Below, in pieces: positions 12,560-24,759 of a stretch of DNA of 64,000 nt. Positions within the stretch are counted from its first letter, which is position 1; each line of letters starts with the position of its first letter. The notes beneath the pieces are model-generated. The model worked only from the letters and a program-made list of their open reading frames with translations. It was not told the origin of the DNA and searched no databases. The stretch covers positions 27,404,001 to 27,468,000 of the forward strand of contig NC_082731.1 of NCBI RefSeq assembly GCF_030144855.1, written 5' to 3'. Position numbers and translations under genes: made by a program. This DNA comes from Hypanus sabinus. Taxonomy: Eukaryota.

Positions 12560-14580
12560 TTCATCCTTCATAGCAATTGACACAATGTAAAAAGAAGTGG
12601 TCCCAATACCGACCCCATGTGGAACATGATTAGTCACTGACAGCCAATCAGAAAAGGTTCCCTTTATTCCCACTCTTTGCCTCCCACCAGTCACCCAATG
12701 CTCTGTCCATGCTAGTATCTTTCCTGTAATACCATGGGCTCTTATCTTGCTAAGCATCTTCATGTGTGGCGCCTTGTCAAAGGCTTTTATAAATTCAAGC
12801 ACATAATATCCACCTTTCTCTATCCTGCTTGTTATTTTCTCAAAGAATTCCAATGGATTTGTCAGACAAGATTTCCCCTAACGAAACCATGCAGACTTCG
12901 CCATTTTATCATGTGCCTCCAAGAACCCTGAAACTTCATTCACAACAATCGACTCCAACTTCTTCCCAGTCACTCGGGCCAGTCTAACTGACATATAGCA
13001 TGCTTTCTTCTGCCTCTCTCCTTTCTTGGAGTGACATTTTCAACTTTCCAGTCCTCTAGAACCATGTCAGAATCAGGTGATTCTTGAAAAATCATTGTTA
13101 ATATATCCACAATCTCTTCAGGTGCCTCTTTCAGAAATCTAGAGTTTAGTCCATCTAGTCCAGATGACTGATTTATGTTCAGAGCTTTCAGCTTCCCGAG
13201 CATCTTCTCCCTTATGCCCCGTGACAGTCTCAAACCACCGGCAAACTGTGAGCGTGTTTCACAGTGAAGACTGATGGAAAATATCTATTCAGTTCATCCG
13301 CCATCTCCTTGTCCCCCATTACTACCTCTCCGGTGTTACTTTCCAGCAATGCAATATCTACTCTTGCCTCACTTTTACACTTAAATATCTCTGAAAAATC
13401 TTTTGGTTTCCCCTTTGATATTATTAGCTAGCTTACCGTCATATTTCATCTTTTCACTCCTTGCAGCTTTTTTTGTTGTCTTCTGTTGGTTTTGAAAAGT
13501 ATCGAATCCTCTCACTTCCCACTACTTGTTGCTTTATTATATGCTATTTGTTTTACTTTTATGTTCGCTTTAACTTCCCTTGTCAGCCATGGGAATGTCA
13601 TCCTGCCTCCAGAATACTTGCCATTGCTCGTCCGACATCATCTCTGTTAGTGTCCCCTTCCATTCAACACTGGCTAGTTCCTGTCTTGTGACTCTGTAAT
13701 TCCCTTTATCCCAGTGTAATACTCCTCTGGAGCTGGAGTTGGATGTACTCAGGAACATCTGGGATGCTGAAGACATTATAGATGAGACTATTGAAGAAGT
13801 GGTCACACCCAGAGTACAGGCTTCACACAGTAGGTGGGTGACCACCAGCAGAGGTAAGGGGATCAAGCAGTTGTTGCAAGATTCCCCTGTAGCAATTGGC
13901 CCCAGCAACAAGTATACCTCTCTGGATACTCTGTGGGGGGTGACCCATCAGGCATAACAGCAGCACCCAGACGAGTGGCACTGTGGTCGGCTCTGAGGCT
14001 CAGCAGAGAAAAGTAAATTCAACCAGTGGGGGATTTGATGGTTAAGGGGACAGAGAAGAGATTCTGTCACCACAGAAGTGACATCAGGCCTCTAAATAAC
14101 TGTCATCTCGGTCCTTTTACCATTGCAGTTTCTTAACTCAATCCAAAATGATTCAACATCTTCTGATCCTAAGGATCCTGTCTTTTCTAATGATTTGAAG
14201 CCATTCTTTACCAGCAGAGTCACGTCACCCCCTCTGCCTACCTTCCTATCCCTCCGATTCAACGTGTAACCATAGACATTCAGCTCCCAATGACAACCAT
14301 CCTTCAAGCACGATTCAGTGATGGCCACAACATCATACCTGACAACCTGTAAAATTGCACCAAGATCATCCACCTTATTTCTTATACTCCATGCACTGAG
14401 ATATAACACGTCGAGTTCTGAATTTGCTACCTTTTTTGATTCAGCAGCCCTAATGCATTGATACTCATCCGGCTGGCTGCAATTTCGTCCTGTGATCTGA
14501 CCGCCCTCCCTGACAGTCTGCACGCTAACTTTACATTTTTACCATCCATCCTATCCTGAGTCCCTTCACTCGGTTAAACA
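12560..14580 (-). mobile_element. Rearranged CR1 LINE (RT, endonuclease N-terminus, inverted ORF1 piece)
   Basis: Minus ORFs 12551-12853 (FIKAFDK, RQRVGIKG) and 14092-14523 (LDVLYLSAWSIRNKVDDL, AITES). A plus-strand ORF1-like piece at ~13724-14090 (VLRNIWDAEDIIDETIEEVVTP). Confidence 0.75.
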
Positions 14581-14699
14581 CATGCCTGCTGAACCCTGGC
14601 ACTTCATGTAACTTGACCCCCCCGACTTCAACCCACCATGTGAGATCTGAATATCAGGAGCGCAGGTCACCCGGGATCACTGAGTCACTGAAAGATGGA

Positions 14700-15070
14700 A
14701 TAGGTTAGGACTTTATTCCCTCAAGCTTTGCAGAATGAGGTGAATTGATAGAAACAGGCAAAATTATGAAGGGAATAGATAGGGAAATGCAAGCAGGCTT
14801 TTTCCACTGAGCTTGGGTGAGATGAGCACGAGAGGTCATAGGTTAAGGGTGAAAGGTGAAAGGGGAGCTTCTTCACCCTGAGGGTGGTGCGAGTGTGGGA
14901 AAAGCTGCCAGCAGCAGTGGTGGATGTGGGGTCAATCGTGACATTTAAGAGTGGTTTGGATAGTATGTGCATAGGAGGGGCATGCAGGGCTATGGCTCAG
15001 GTGTGAAGCAATGGAACTGGGCAGAATAATTCAGAACGGACTAGGTGGGCTGAAGTGCTCTCCGACTCTA
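14700..15070 (+). mobile_element. CR1 3' end
   Basis: FFTLRVVRVWEKLP-type terminal motif followed by 3' UTR. Confidence 0.6.
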
Positions 15071-17880
15071 TGACCAGGTCCCCTAGGGCAGCTCAGGAGA
15101 AGCGGAAGCAGGAGCCACTCTTCAGCGCCCTCTGGAAACCAACCCTACTCCTCCAGTGGCATACCGAGCGCTCAGCACAAAGAGCCCCGGGCATGGGCTG
15201 GATGAACAGTTGCCCTGGCTACCTCCAGGCTTGTAGTGGGCACTACTGATGGGGGGGGGGGGACATCCTGTCCAGGACACCATACACCCAGTCACCCTTG
15301 CACCCTGTAGCAGGATCCCAGTTAACCTCTTCATCCCGGATTCTCTGGCTGATCCTTGCCCTATATCAACGACTTCCCATTAACAATCTATGCTACCATT
15401 CCCTGGTCTTCCCATGTCATTCCTTCTCTGGACTCTGACAGGATCACCACTTACGCTGGGCTTTTCCAGGTTTCTTTTGCCTCCCAAACGCTGCTGCTCT
15501 ACAGAGATTGACCAAGAGCAGCGATTCCCACGCTGGGTGGGGTGAGGCGGGGTGATACACATTTTAGGGGTTTGAGAATGTTCTTAAACCACTTCCTCTG
15601 TACCCCTTATAACCACTTGCAAATACTCACTCTGAGCTCCCTCGCAGTGAGTCTGGTGTAAGCAAATAGAACGGACGGCCACTGCAGCCCTTAGAATCTC
15701 ATTGCTCTTATTGGATTCAGCTGTGGGCCTGGGGAGAGGACGCTGAGCTGGTTCACTTTCCCAATTTAAATGCCGGCCCAGATCAGGGGCAAGAGCCAAT
15801 TTCACTCGCTCCCTGCGATCTTCTTGCCTCTCTCTGAGACACCGGAGCCTTTCACTGTTCCACTGTTAAACACTGGGCCAGATAAAGAGTGTGGGGACGA
15901 GAGCTGATTTCCCCCATTCTCCGCGATGGCCATCTCCATGGCACTGAGGCTATGAAGACTGCCCTGGCTGCAGTGCTCTGTGCTGCTAATATGTTGGACT
16001 GAGAAGTGAGGCTTTGGGCTTACTCTAGCCTGCTCCAGGGTTGGGATCTGAGGCCTCAGTTTTAATTTGGAATGCTGTTACATGATTCCTCTTTTTCTTC
16101 TGCCTCTTGCACGTCAGGTGTTGGTCTTTTCTTTTTATTCTTATTCTTGAATTGGGCTCTTTCGGGTTTCTTGCTCTGTGGCTACCTGTGAGCAAGTAAG
16201 CCTCAAGGTTGTATAATTTAAACATTCTTTGATAATAAATGTACTTGAATCTGTTTGTGAATTTGAAGGGCTTTTCAGGGACCACACTGGTGGTACCTCT
16301 CCAATGAGATGCCACTCTGTGTACTTGGTGTCTCGGGAATGTACATCGGGGCAGATCGTCGCCACCTGCTAGAAGACGAGCTTTGAGACACGTTGGAGGC
16401 CCAGATCCTCAAACACAGATTCAGAGTTCTCCGAGGAGGCTCCTGAGGTCTGGAAAATGCTGCATGTTTTCCAAAGTCTCAGCATAAACCTTCACTGTTC
16501 AGTGTTGTAATTGTGTAGCAGGACAAGTGGAGAGCGGACCTATGTTTTGGGAATGGTTGCTGCATGAAAATTCAGGTATTTCAGTGAAGCTGAATTTGAG
16601 TGCGGACTCTGAACGGCATATACAGAAACATAGTCTGTGTACAGTAGCTCACTGCCTGAGGCTGGAGTGACAGAGGTTCTGTGGGTTGCAGGTTCAGGAA
16701 TTACCCTGTCGTCCTGGGAATCGGCTCCACTGCAGCAGGAGACTCCTGAATTCAGAGGAATTGCATGGACAGCCAGTGGCCATGGGATTCCAGTGACTTT
16801 TAAAGGTTTCCTCAGCACCAGACTTTGTCATCATCACCAAGACCAGTGATGTCCTTGTCCATCTCTAATTGTCCCTGAGCACAGGATGGAAACACCGCAG
16901 TTCAAAGTCAGAATCAGGTTTAATATCATCGGCATACGTTGTGAAATTTGCTAACTTTGTGCTCACAGTACAACACAATACATAATAATAGAGAAAATAA
17001 AACTGTGAATGACAGTATCCATATATTTAATAATTAAATTAAATAAGTAGCAGGAAATAAAAGGAAATTAAAAAGTAGTGCGTTTGTGTTCAAGGGTTCA
17101 ATGTCCATTCAAAAATAAGATGGCAGAGGGGAAGAATCATTGGGTGTGTGTGACATCAGGCTTCTGTCCCTCCTCCCTGATGGTGGGAATGAGAAGAGGG
17201 CATATCCTGGGTGGTGGAGGTCCTTAATGATGGACGCTGCCTTTCTGAGGTACCTTCATGGGGTGTATGGACTAAAAGAATAGGCCCAAGCCTTTCCGAG
17301 GAAGTTTGGCAATACTGTACTGTCGTGTGGAAATGGTGTCGAAGACTATCCTTTCTGATGGGTGATCTGCTTGGTCCTCAGACCAAAAAGGTGCTCTTCT
17401 GTGTGGAGTTTGCACATTGTCCCTGTGATTTCTCCTGATCCCTGCCATTTCCCAAACATTTATTTATTTATTGAGATACAGTGTAGAACAGGCCCTTTTT
17501 GTCCTTCGATCCATGTTGCTCAGTAACTCCCAATTTAATCCTAGACTAATCCTGGGACAATTTACCTGCCTGTCCCTGTATTACATGAAATTTTATTACA
17601 TATGCAGTTTAACATCACCAGCACAAGTCATGAAGTTTGTTAAGTTTGCAGCAGCAATGCAATGGTCATAGAGAGAAAAACTGCCCACAGTGTTTCCTAA
17701 TTTAGTTTTCTCTCTAGCACCATTGTACTGCTTCTGCAAACTTAACAAATTTCATTACTTATGTTAGCGACACTAACAATATAATGGTAATATAATATAA
17801 TTAAACAAGTAGTGCAAAAAAAAAGGAAATTTAACAAAGTAGTGAGGTAGTACTCATGGGTTCAATTTCCATACAGGAAT

Positions 17881-18937
17881 CTGATGGCAGAGGGGAAGAA
17901 GCCGTTCCTGAATCGCTGAGTGTGTGTCTTCAGGCTTCTGTATCTCCTTCCTGATGGCAGAGGGGAAGAAGCCGTTCCTGAACCGGAGAGTGTGTGTCTT
18001 CAGGCTCCTGTACCTCCTTCCTGATGGCAGAGGGGAAGAAGCTGTTCCTGAATCGCTGAGTGTGTGTCTTCAGGCTTCTGTATCTCCTTCCTGATGGCAG
18101 AGGGGAAGAAGCTGTTCCTGAATCGCTGAGTGTGTGTCTTCAGGCTCCTGTACCTCCTTCCTGATGGCAGAGGGGAGGAAGCTGTTCCTGAATCGCTGAG
18201 TGTGTGTCTTCAGGCTTCTGTACCTCCTTCCTGATGGCAGAGGGGAAGAAGCTGTTCCTGAATCGCTGAGTGTGTGTCTTCAGGCTCCTGTACCTCCTTC
18301 CTGATGGCAGAGGGGAAGAAGCTGTTCCTAAATCGCTGAGTGTGTGTCTTCAGGCTCCTGTACCTCCTTCCTGATGGCAGAGGGGAGGAAGCTGTTCCTG
18401 AATCGCTGAGTGTGTGTCTTCAGGCTTCTGTACCTCCTTCCTGATGGCAGAGGGGAAGAAGCTGTTCCTGAATCGCTGAGTGTGTGTCTTCAGGCTCCTG
18501 TACCTCCTTCCTGATGGCAGAGGGGAAGAAGCTGTTCCTGAATCGCTGAGTGTGTGTCTTCAGGCTCCTGTACCTCCTTCCTGATGGCAGAGGGGAAGAA
18601 GCTGTTCCTGAATCGCTGAGTGTGTGTCTTCAGGCTCCTGTACCTCCTTCCTGATGGCAGAGGGGAAGAAGCTGTTCCTAAATCGCTGAGTGTGTGTCTT
18701 CAGGCTCCTGTACCTCCTTCCTGATGGCAGAGGGGAGGAAGCTGTTCCTGAATCGCTGAGTGTGTGTCTTCAGGCTTCTGTACCTCCTTCCTGATGGCAG
18801 AGGGGAAGAAGCTGTTCCTGAATCGCTGAGTGTGTGTCTTCAGGCTCCTGTACCTCCTTCCTGATGGCAGAGGGGAAGAAGCTGTTCCTGAATCGCTGAG
18901 TGTGTGTCTTCCAGTTTCTGTATCTCCTTCCTGATGG
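17881..18937 (-). repeat. 70-bp minisatellite (15 units) derived from a LINE 3' terminus
   Basis: ctgatggcag recurs at 17881, 17951, 18021 ... 18861, with a partial unit at 18931. The reverse strand encodes PSGRRYRSLKTHTQRFRNSFFPSAIR. Confidence 0.97.
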
Positions 18938-19324
18938 TAACAATGAGAAGAGAGCTCGTCCTGAGTGATGGAGGTCCTTGATAATGGACACCACTTTTTG
19001 GAGGCACCTTCACAGGATGTATCGACTAAAATAGACCCCAGAACTTTGGAGGCAGTTTGCCAATACTGCCACATGGAAATGGTGTTGAAGACTGTCCTTT
19101 CTGTTTGGTCCTCAAAACAGGAAGGTGCTGTCTGTGTGGAGTTTGCACACACTCCCTGTGATTGCTCCTGATCTTCCAGTGTGCTTTGGTTTCCCGCCAT
19201 TTTCCAAACATTTATTTGTAACATATGCAGTTTTTATCTGCTTTGGCGATGCTTGAATTTTGCCTGTTGTAGCCCAGGCACCAATGTGCGCTGAGGTCAG
19301 TTTGATGGAAAGTATTTGGTTCCT

Positions 19325-19356
19325 TGTACTAATAACCCACAGCCACTGGGTGTCAG
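19325..19356 (+). promoter_or_regulatory. CTCF-like site with upstream module
   Basis: TGTACT starts 18 nt before CCACTGGGTGTCAG (19343-19356). Confidence 0.45.
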
Positions 19357-19624
19357 AGGCGTTCTGCTAAATACAGTTGATTCCAGTTAATTGATGAGCA
19401 TCAGGACCAGTATGTTTTGGCCCAGCTAAGTAACTGCCTCAAATAGTTGAAGTTTCATGGAAATGGTTAAAAAGTTATAAATAAAACTCCCATTTAACTG
19501 ATTTAGAACTTATGTATGAAAATGAAAACTGAACAAATTAGAACATTATCAACACTGCTATAAAACTGTGCATCGACAAATTCTTTCAGTGCACACTGCT
19601 GTGTTGGAGGGGCAACATCTCATA

Positions 19625-19850
19625 ATCCAGGCAGCACACTGAAAGTGCTGGAGGGACTCAGCAGGCCAGGCAGCATCTATGGAAAAGAGTAAACAGTTGA
19701 TGTTTCAGGTTGAGACTCTTCAACAGCAGTCCTGAGAAAGGGTCTTGGCCCAAAACATTGACTGCACTCTTTTCCATATGTGCTGCCTGGCTTGCTGAGT
19801 TCCTCCAGCATTTTGAGTGTGTTGCTTGAATTTCCAGCATCTGCATCTGT
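19625..19850. mobile_element. Inverted pair of Penelope-like terminal repeats
   Basis: The reverse complement of 19625-19726 is homologous to 19731-19832 (ctcttttccata.atgctgcctggc..gctgagt..ctccagca). Confidence 0.75.
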
Positions 19851-20719
19851 GACCTCATATTCCATCTGGGTAGCCCCCAACCTGACGACATGAGCACAAT
19901 TTCTCCAGCTTCTGGAAATTGGAACTGGAAGAAGATAGCGCCAGCAAACAACGCTATCAAAGATGACGTCCTGAAGATGGGTCACAAAGCAATTCTTTTC
20001 ACTTCTTTTACACCTGCTTTTTATTTCAGATATGGTTCTGCTACTATTAGAGCCTGTTACCTCCATTCTGGTGGCTTGCTTTCGGGCCGATCTGGTGCTT
20101 TGCAAGAGGGTTCCAAGGGGCTACAACCGTGGAGGCCGGCTGCTCGCGAGTGAAAGTCCTTTCATTCAAGTGGTCTCTCTCTCTCTCTCTCCCCACCCCT
20201 TTCTCTCTCTCCCCACTCTCTTCCCCCCTCACTTAATGCTGTCAGGAGATGGTGCCAGAGCAGGCAGGATTTAATCAACACGGATTGTAGATTTGGAATC
20301 TAATTCAGGTTTATAAAACCATAAAACCTTAAGACAAAGGAGCAGATGTCAGCCATTTGGCCCATCGAGTCTGCTCCACCATTTTATCAGGAGCTGATCC
20401 ATTCTCCCATTTAGATCCACTCCCCTGCCTTCTCACCATAACCTTTTATGCCCTGCCTACACAGATACCTATCAATCTCCACTTTAAATACACCCAATGA
20501 CTTGGCCTCCACTGCCGCCCATGGCAACAAATTCCACAGATTCACCACAAATTATGGTGCGTTCTAGTATCTAGTTCGAGTTATGCTCACTCTTTTTAGT
20601 TACTATTGGGCAATTTTTGAATTGGGGAGCCCTAGAGATAATGAACACAGAACTGAACTATACTGAAATATGCCTTTCCATTTTGTGTTTTCGTTCATTT
20701 TTTTGTTGCCATTTGCATG

Positions 20720-22085
20720 AGGTGTGTGAACGTGTGTGTGAATGAGTGAGAGTGAGTGTGTGTGTGAGAGTGAGAGAGTGTGTGTTTGTGAGTGTGTGTG
20801 TGAGTGAGAGTGTGTGTGTGTGTCTGAGTAAGAGTGTGTGTGTGTGTGTGTATGTGTGAGTGAAAGTGTGTGAGTGTGTGTGTGAGTGAGAGAATGAGAG
20901 TGTGTGCGTCTGAGAGAGTGAGTGAGAGTGAGCGTGTGTGTGTGTGTGAGTGAGAGAGTGTGANNNNNNNNNNNNNNNNNNNNNNNNNNNNNNNNNNNNN
21001 NNNNNNNNNNNNNNNNNNNNNNNNNNNNNNNNNNNNNNNNNNNNNNNNNNNNNNNNNNNNNNNNNNNNNNNNNNNNNNNNNNNNNNNNNNNNNNNNNNNN
21101 NNNNNNNNNNNNNNNNNNNNNNNNNNNNNNNNNNNNNNNNNNNNNNNNNNNNNNNNNNNNNNNNNNNNNNNNNNNNNNNNNNNNNNNNNNNNNNNNNNNN
21201 NNNNNNNNNNNNNNNNNNNNNNNNNNNNNNNNNNNNNNNNNNNNNNNNNNNNNNNNNNNNNNNNNNNNNNNNNNNNNNNNNNNNNNNNNNNNNNNNNNNN
21301 NNNNNNNNNNNNNNNNNNNNNNNNNNNNNNNNNNNNNNNNNNNNNNNNNNNNNNNNNNNNNNNNNNNNNNNNNNNNNNNNNNNNNNNNNNNNNNNNNNNN
21401 NNNNNNNNNNNNNNNNNNNNNNTGTGAGTGTGTCTGTGTGAGAGTGAGAGTGAGTGTGTGTGAGAGTATGTATGTGAGTGAGAGAGTGTGCGTGTTTGTG
21501 AGTGTATGTGTGAATGAGTGAGAGTGAGTGTGTGTGTGAGTGAGAGAGTGTGTGTGCTTGTGAGTGTGTGTGTGAGTGAGAGTGTGTGAGTGAGAGCGAG
21601 TGTATGTGTGAGTGAATGTGTGTGTGAGAGAATGTGTGTGTGACTGAGTGAGAGTGAGTGAGTGTGAGTGAGATAGTGTGTGTGTTTGTGAGTGAGTGAG
21701 AGTGTGTGTGAATGTGTGAGAGTGTGTGTGTGAGAATGTGTGTGTGAGTGTGAGTGAGTGTGTGTGTGAGTGAGAGTGTGTGTGTGTGAGAGAGAGTGAG
21801 TGTGTGTTTGTGTGACTGAGAGTGACTGTGTGTGAGAGAGAGTGAGTGTGTGTTTGTGAGTGAGAGTGAGTGTGTGTTAGAGAGTGTGTGTGTGAGTGAG
21901 ATAGTGTGTGTGTGAGTGAGAGTGAGTGTGTGAATGTGTGAGAGTGTGTGTGTGAGTGAGAGTGTGTGTGTGAGTGAGAGTGAGTGTGTGTGTGTGAGTG
22001 AGAGTGTGTGAGTGAGAGAGTTTGTGTGTGAGTGAGAGAGATTGAGTGTGTGTGTGTGTGTGAGTGAGTGAGAGTGTGTGTGTGG
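20720..22085. repeat. (TG)/(AG) low-complexity microsatellite block containing an assembly gap (N at 20964-21422)
   Basis: Direct inspection. It produces spurious His/Thr/Ser/Leu ORFs. Confidence 0.98.
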
Positions 22086-22829
22086 GGGGGTCGTGTTTGA
22101 TGATTTTCTTTGAACAGATTGGTACCATGGTTTAAAAAAACTGCAAACAATAAAAGTAAGCAATAGCTTTCAGAACTGAAGTTCACAAAAGTGAGTTCAC
22201 ACTGTGATAGTCGCAGGCCACAGCCGCAGTCGGTGCAGAGACAAGTAAACCTCACAGGACTAGCCTGTGCCTGCCTTCCAGCCCTGACAGCCCATCCTTT
22301 ACAAAATGACCTGGCGTTGAAATCATCTAGACCTTGCTCTCACACCCAGACCCTGCCAATGCCCTGCCTCCTCAATTCAGTCAGTACGCAACTTTCCCAA
22401 TTTGGCTCGGCACTTAAATCAAGCACGCCTCAGGTCTCTTCTCTCTTCACTCTCAGGCCCCAGTTTGCATTGCCTCCATTCACCTCACCTCAGTTCTGCC
22501 AAACTGAATTGCCTCCAAGTTCACTGCAGGAATGGGCGAACATTGGATCATTCCCCACTCTCCGACCCAGACCCCATTGCCTCGGTTCAGCCTGTGCGCA
22601 CCACACCACAGCAGTCCTACACCTTTTAGACTTCAGTTGCCCCTGCAGAAGTGCCAGGTTGTAGAGGTGGTTCAAAAGCTCAACTCCTACAGAGGAGTTA
22701 CAGTCTATTGTCTGCAGTGATCACTTACCAGAAAAAATGTAATTAATGAAGTGCTCAGTAATGTTCTTTGTTTTATTTGCCACCGATGCCAGCTTAATTC
22801 CTCCACCATTAGTTTGTTGTTACTCCTTT

Positions 22830-22995
22830 CCACACCTTGTGGCACATCGGGCGGCAACCTTGCCTTTCTTTAGCATTTTTGTCTTTTTTTTTACGACACT
22901 CGACCCAGCACAGATGGAAAGTGTGCAAGATGCTGGCCGGATTTGAACCCAAACCACTCACCTCGAAGTCCAATGCAAATGCCCCTACATCATCG
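22830..22995 (-). mobile_element. tRNA-derived SINE
   Basis: The reverse strand has pol III A/B-box-like motifs (gatgtaggggc...ggttcaaatcc). Homologous to the + copy at 44820-45055. Confidence 0.55.
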
Positions 22996-23296
22996 GCCAG
23001 TCTCCATGACTGATGCACCGTGGATATTGTCTGTCCAGTGTTTCAAGAGTATTTTTTCACTGCAATGTAACCTGAACAGGTTTTATTTTGCTTTGGTGAT
23101 GACTATATTCTGCCTGTGGTAGCCCAGATGCTAATTTGATCTGACCTGATATAGGGATTCAGCGGTTTCTTTCCAGCCATCAATGCTGCTGAAATCACTG
23201 AGTTTCTCCAGCAGATTGTGTGTTGCTCTGGATTCCAGTATCTGCAGTGTCTTGTGCCTGGATTGAAGTTGACTTGATTGAAAGCATTTGGTACCT

Positions 23297-23408
23297 TGCA
23301 GTGACAACCTGCGACCACTGGGGGTCAGAGCAACACCTCTGAAATAAGGCATTGAGGCTTCAGTCGAACTGGCTGCTGTAATAGCAACCTCACGCCACTG
23401 GGTGTCAG
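23297..23408 (+). promoter_or_regulatory. Tandem pair of CTCF-like sites with upstream modules
   Basis: TGCAGTGAC (23297) + CCACTGGGGGTCAG (23315-23328), and TGTAATAGC (23377) + CCACTGGGTGTCAG (23395-23408). Both have 18-nt start-to-start spacing. Confidence 0.55.
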
Positions 23409-23559
23409 TGTTACAGTCAGACAGAGAGGGGTTGATGGACAGTTTGGGTGAAACAGTGCACAGGAGGAGTCCACTGTGCCAGGAGGTCCTGAGATGACAG
23501 GAGCTCTTCAGGTGAATCTGTCACATTGCTACATGGTTTCCTCCCACACACAAAGACGG

Positions 23560-24580
23560 GCTTGTCAGTAGGTTAATTGGCTACTGTAGATTGCCCGCAG
23601 TGTCCTACAGCATTGAAACAGTCCTTTAGCACAAACCGTCCATGCTGACCAAGATGAGAATCCAAGTGAGATCCATTTCCCAGTGTTTGGCCCATAACCT
23701 TCCAAAATGTTCCTCTCCATGTACCTGTCCAAGTGCCTTTCAAAAGTTGTTATTTACTTAAAACCATTTCCTCTGGTGGCATATTCCACATATTTTCCAC
23801 CATTTCTGTTTAAAAATCCTTTACTTTCCTATTAAATCTTGCCCTTGTCAGCTGACGTAAGCCATCAAGTTCTTGATTCCCCAATCTTCAGTAAAAGACT
23901 AAGTGGATTCTTCACAGCCGAGTCCTCATGATTTTATCAAATCTCCCCTCATTCTCCGACATGAAGGAATAAAGCCTTAGCTTGTCAAACCTCTCCCTCG
24001 AACTCAGTCCCTAGAGTTCTGGCAGCATCCTTGTAAACCTTTTCTGCATTGTTTCCAATATAATGATATCTTTCTTGCATCTTGGTGAATAAAATGAACA
24101 CAACACTGCAAGTGCAGCCTCACTGGTGCCTTGTACAACCACTCCATGAGCAGCCAGCATTCAGAATCAATGTTCTGTCTAAATAAGACCAGCATGCCAA
24201 AACCATTCCTCACCATCCTATCTAACCCTGATAACACTCTCAGTGAACCATGTGCTTAAACTCCAAGGTCCTTCTGTTCCACAACACTTCCCAGGCCCCT
24301 GCCATTTACACTGAATGTCCTACATTGGTTTCATTTTCCAAAATGCAACACCTCAGACTTATCTGAATTTAAACCCAGTTGTTACTGTTCTGCCCATTTG
24401 CTCAGCTTATCAACATACTCCTGTAAGTTTTGATCATCTTCTCCACAGTTCACTTTACTACTTACTTTAAAGTCATCTGCAAACTTACTAACGATGCCAT
24501 GTACATTCTTATCCACATCTTTGATGTGGATGACAAACAGCAAATGGCCCAGCACTGACCCCTGAGGTCTGCCATTTTTT
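23560..24580 (-). mobile_element. CR1 RT/3' fragment
   Basis: Reverse strand PQGSVLGHLLFVIHIKD..SKFADD and PVRLHLQCCVHF motifs. Confidence 0.7.
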
Positions 24581-24759
24581 CTGGATCTACTCCCTGTAGA
24601 CCCATTGCTCTGTGGCCAGGTACAGCACCAACTCATCGACGGAGCTGCTGTGGAAATATTCAACAGCTTCAAGACCCATATCACCAGCAACCTCAACAGG
24701 TCCCTTCACACCGATGATGTGATCAAGAAAGCTCATTAGCATATTCCTTTTGATACGTG

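Noticed and set aside
17881-18937. Regular repeats as a CRISPR array
   Set aside because: Head-to-tail units without unique spacers, no cas genes, vertebrate DNA.
18700-19224. 174-aa ORF with repeated LPSGRRYRS motifs
   Set aside because: Product of the 70-bp LINE-derived array; the unit length is not a multiple of 3.
22118-22155. 38-nt AG...GTAAGC cassette reading WYHGLKKLQTIK (SH2-like start)
   Set aside because: Too short, lacks the SH2 continuation, and its phases do not chain with other candidate exons.
20603-22255. 550-aa and 501-aa His/Thr/Ser-rich ORFs and neighbours
   Set aside because: Translation artefacts of a (TG)/(AG) microsatellite and a 459-bp N gap.
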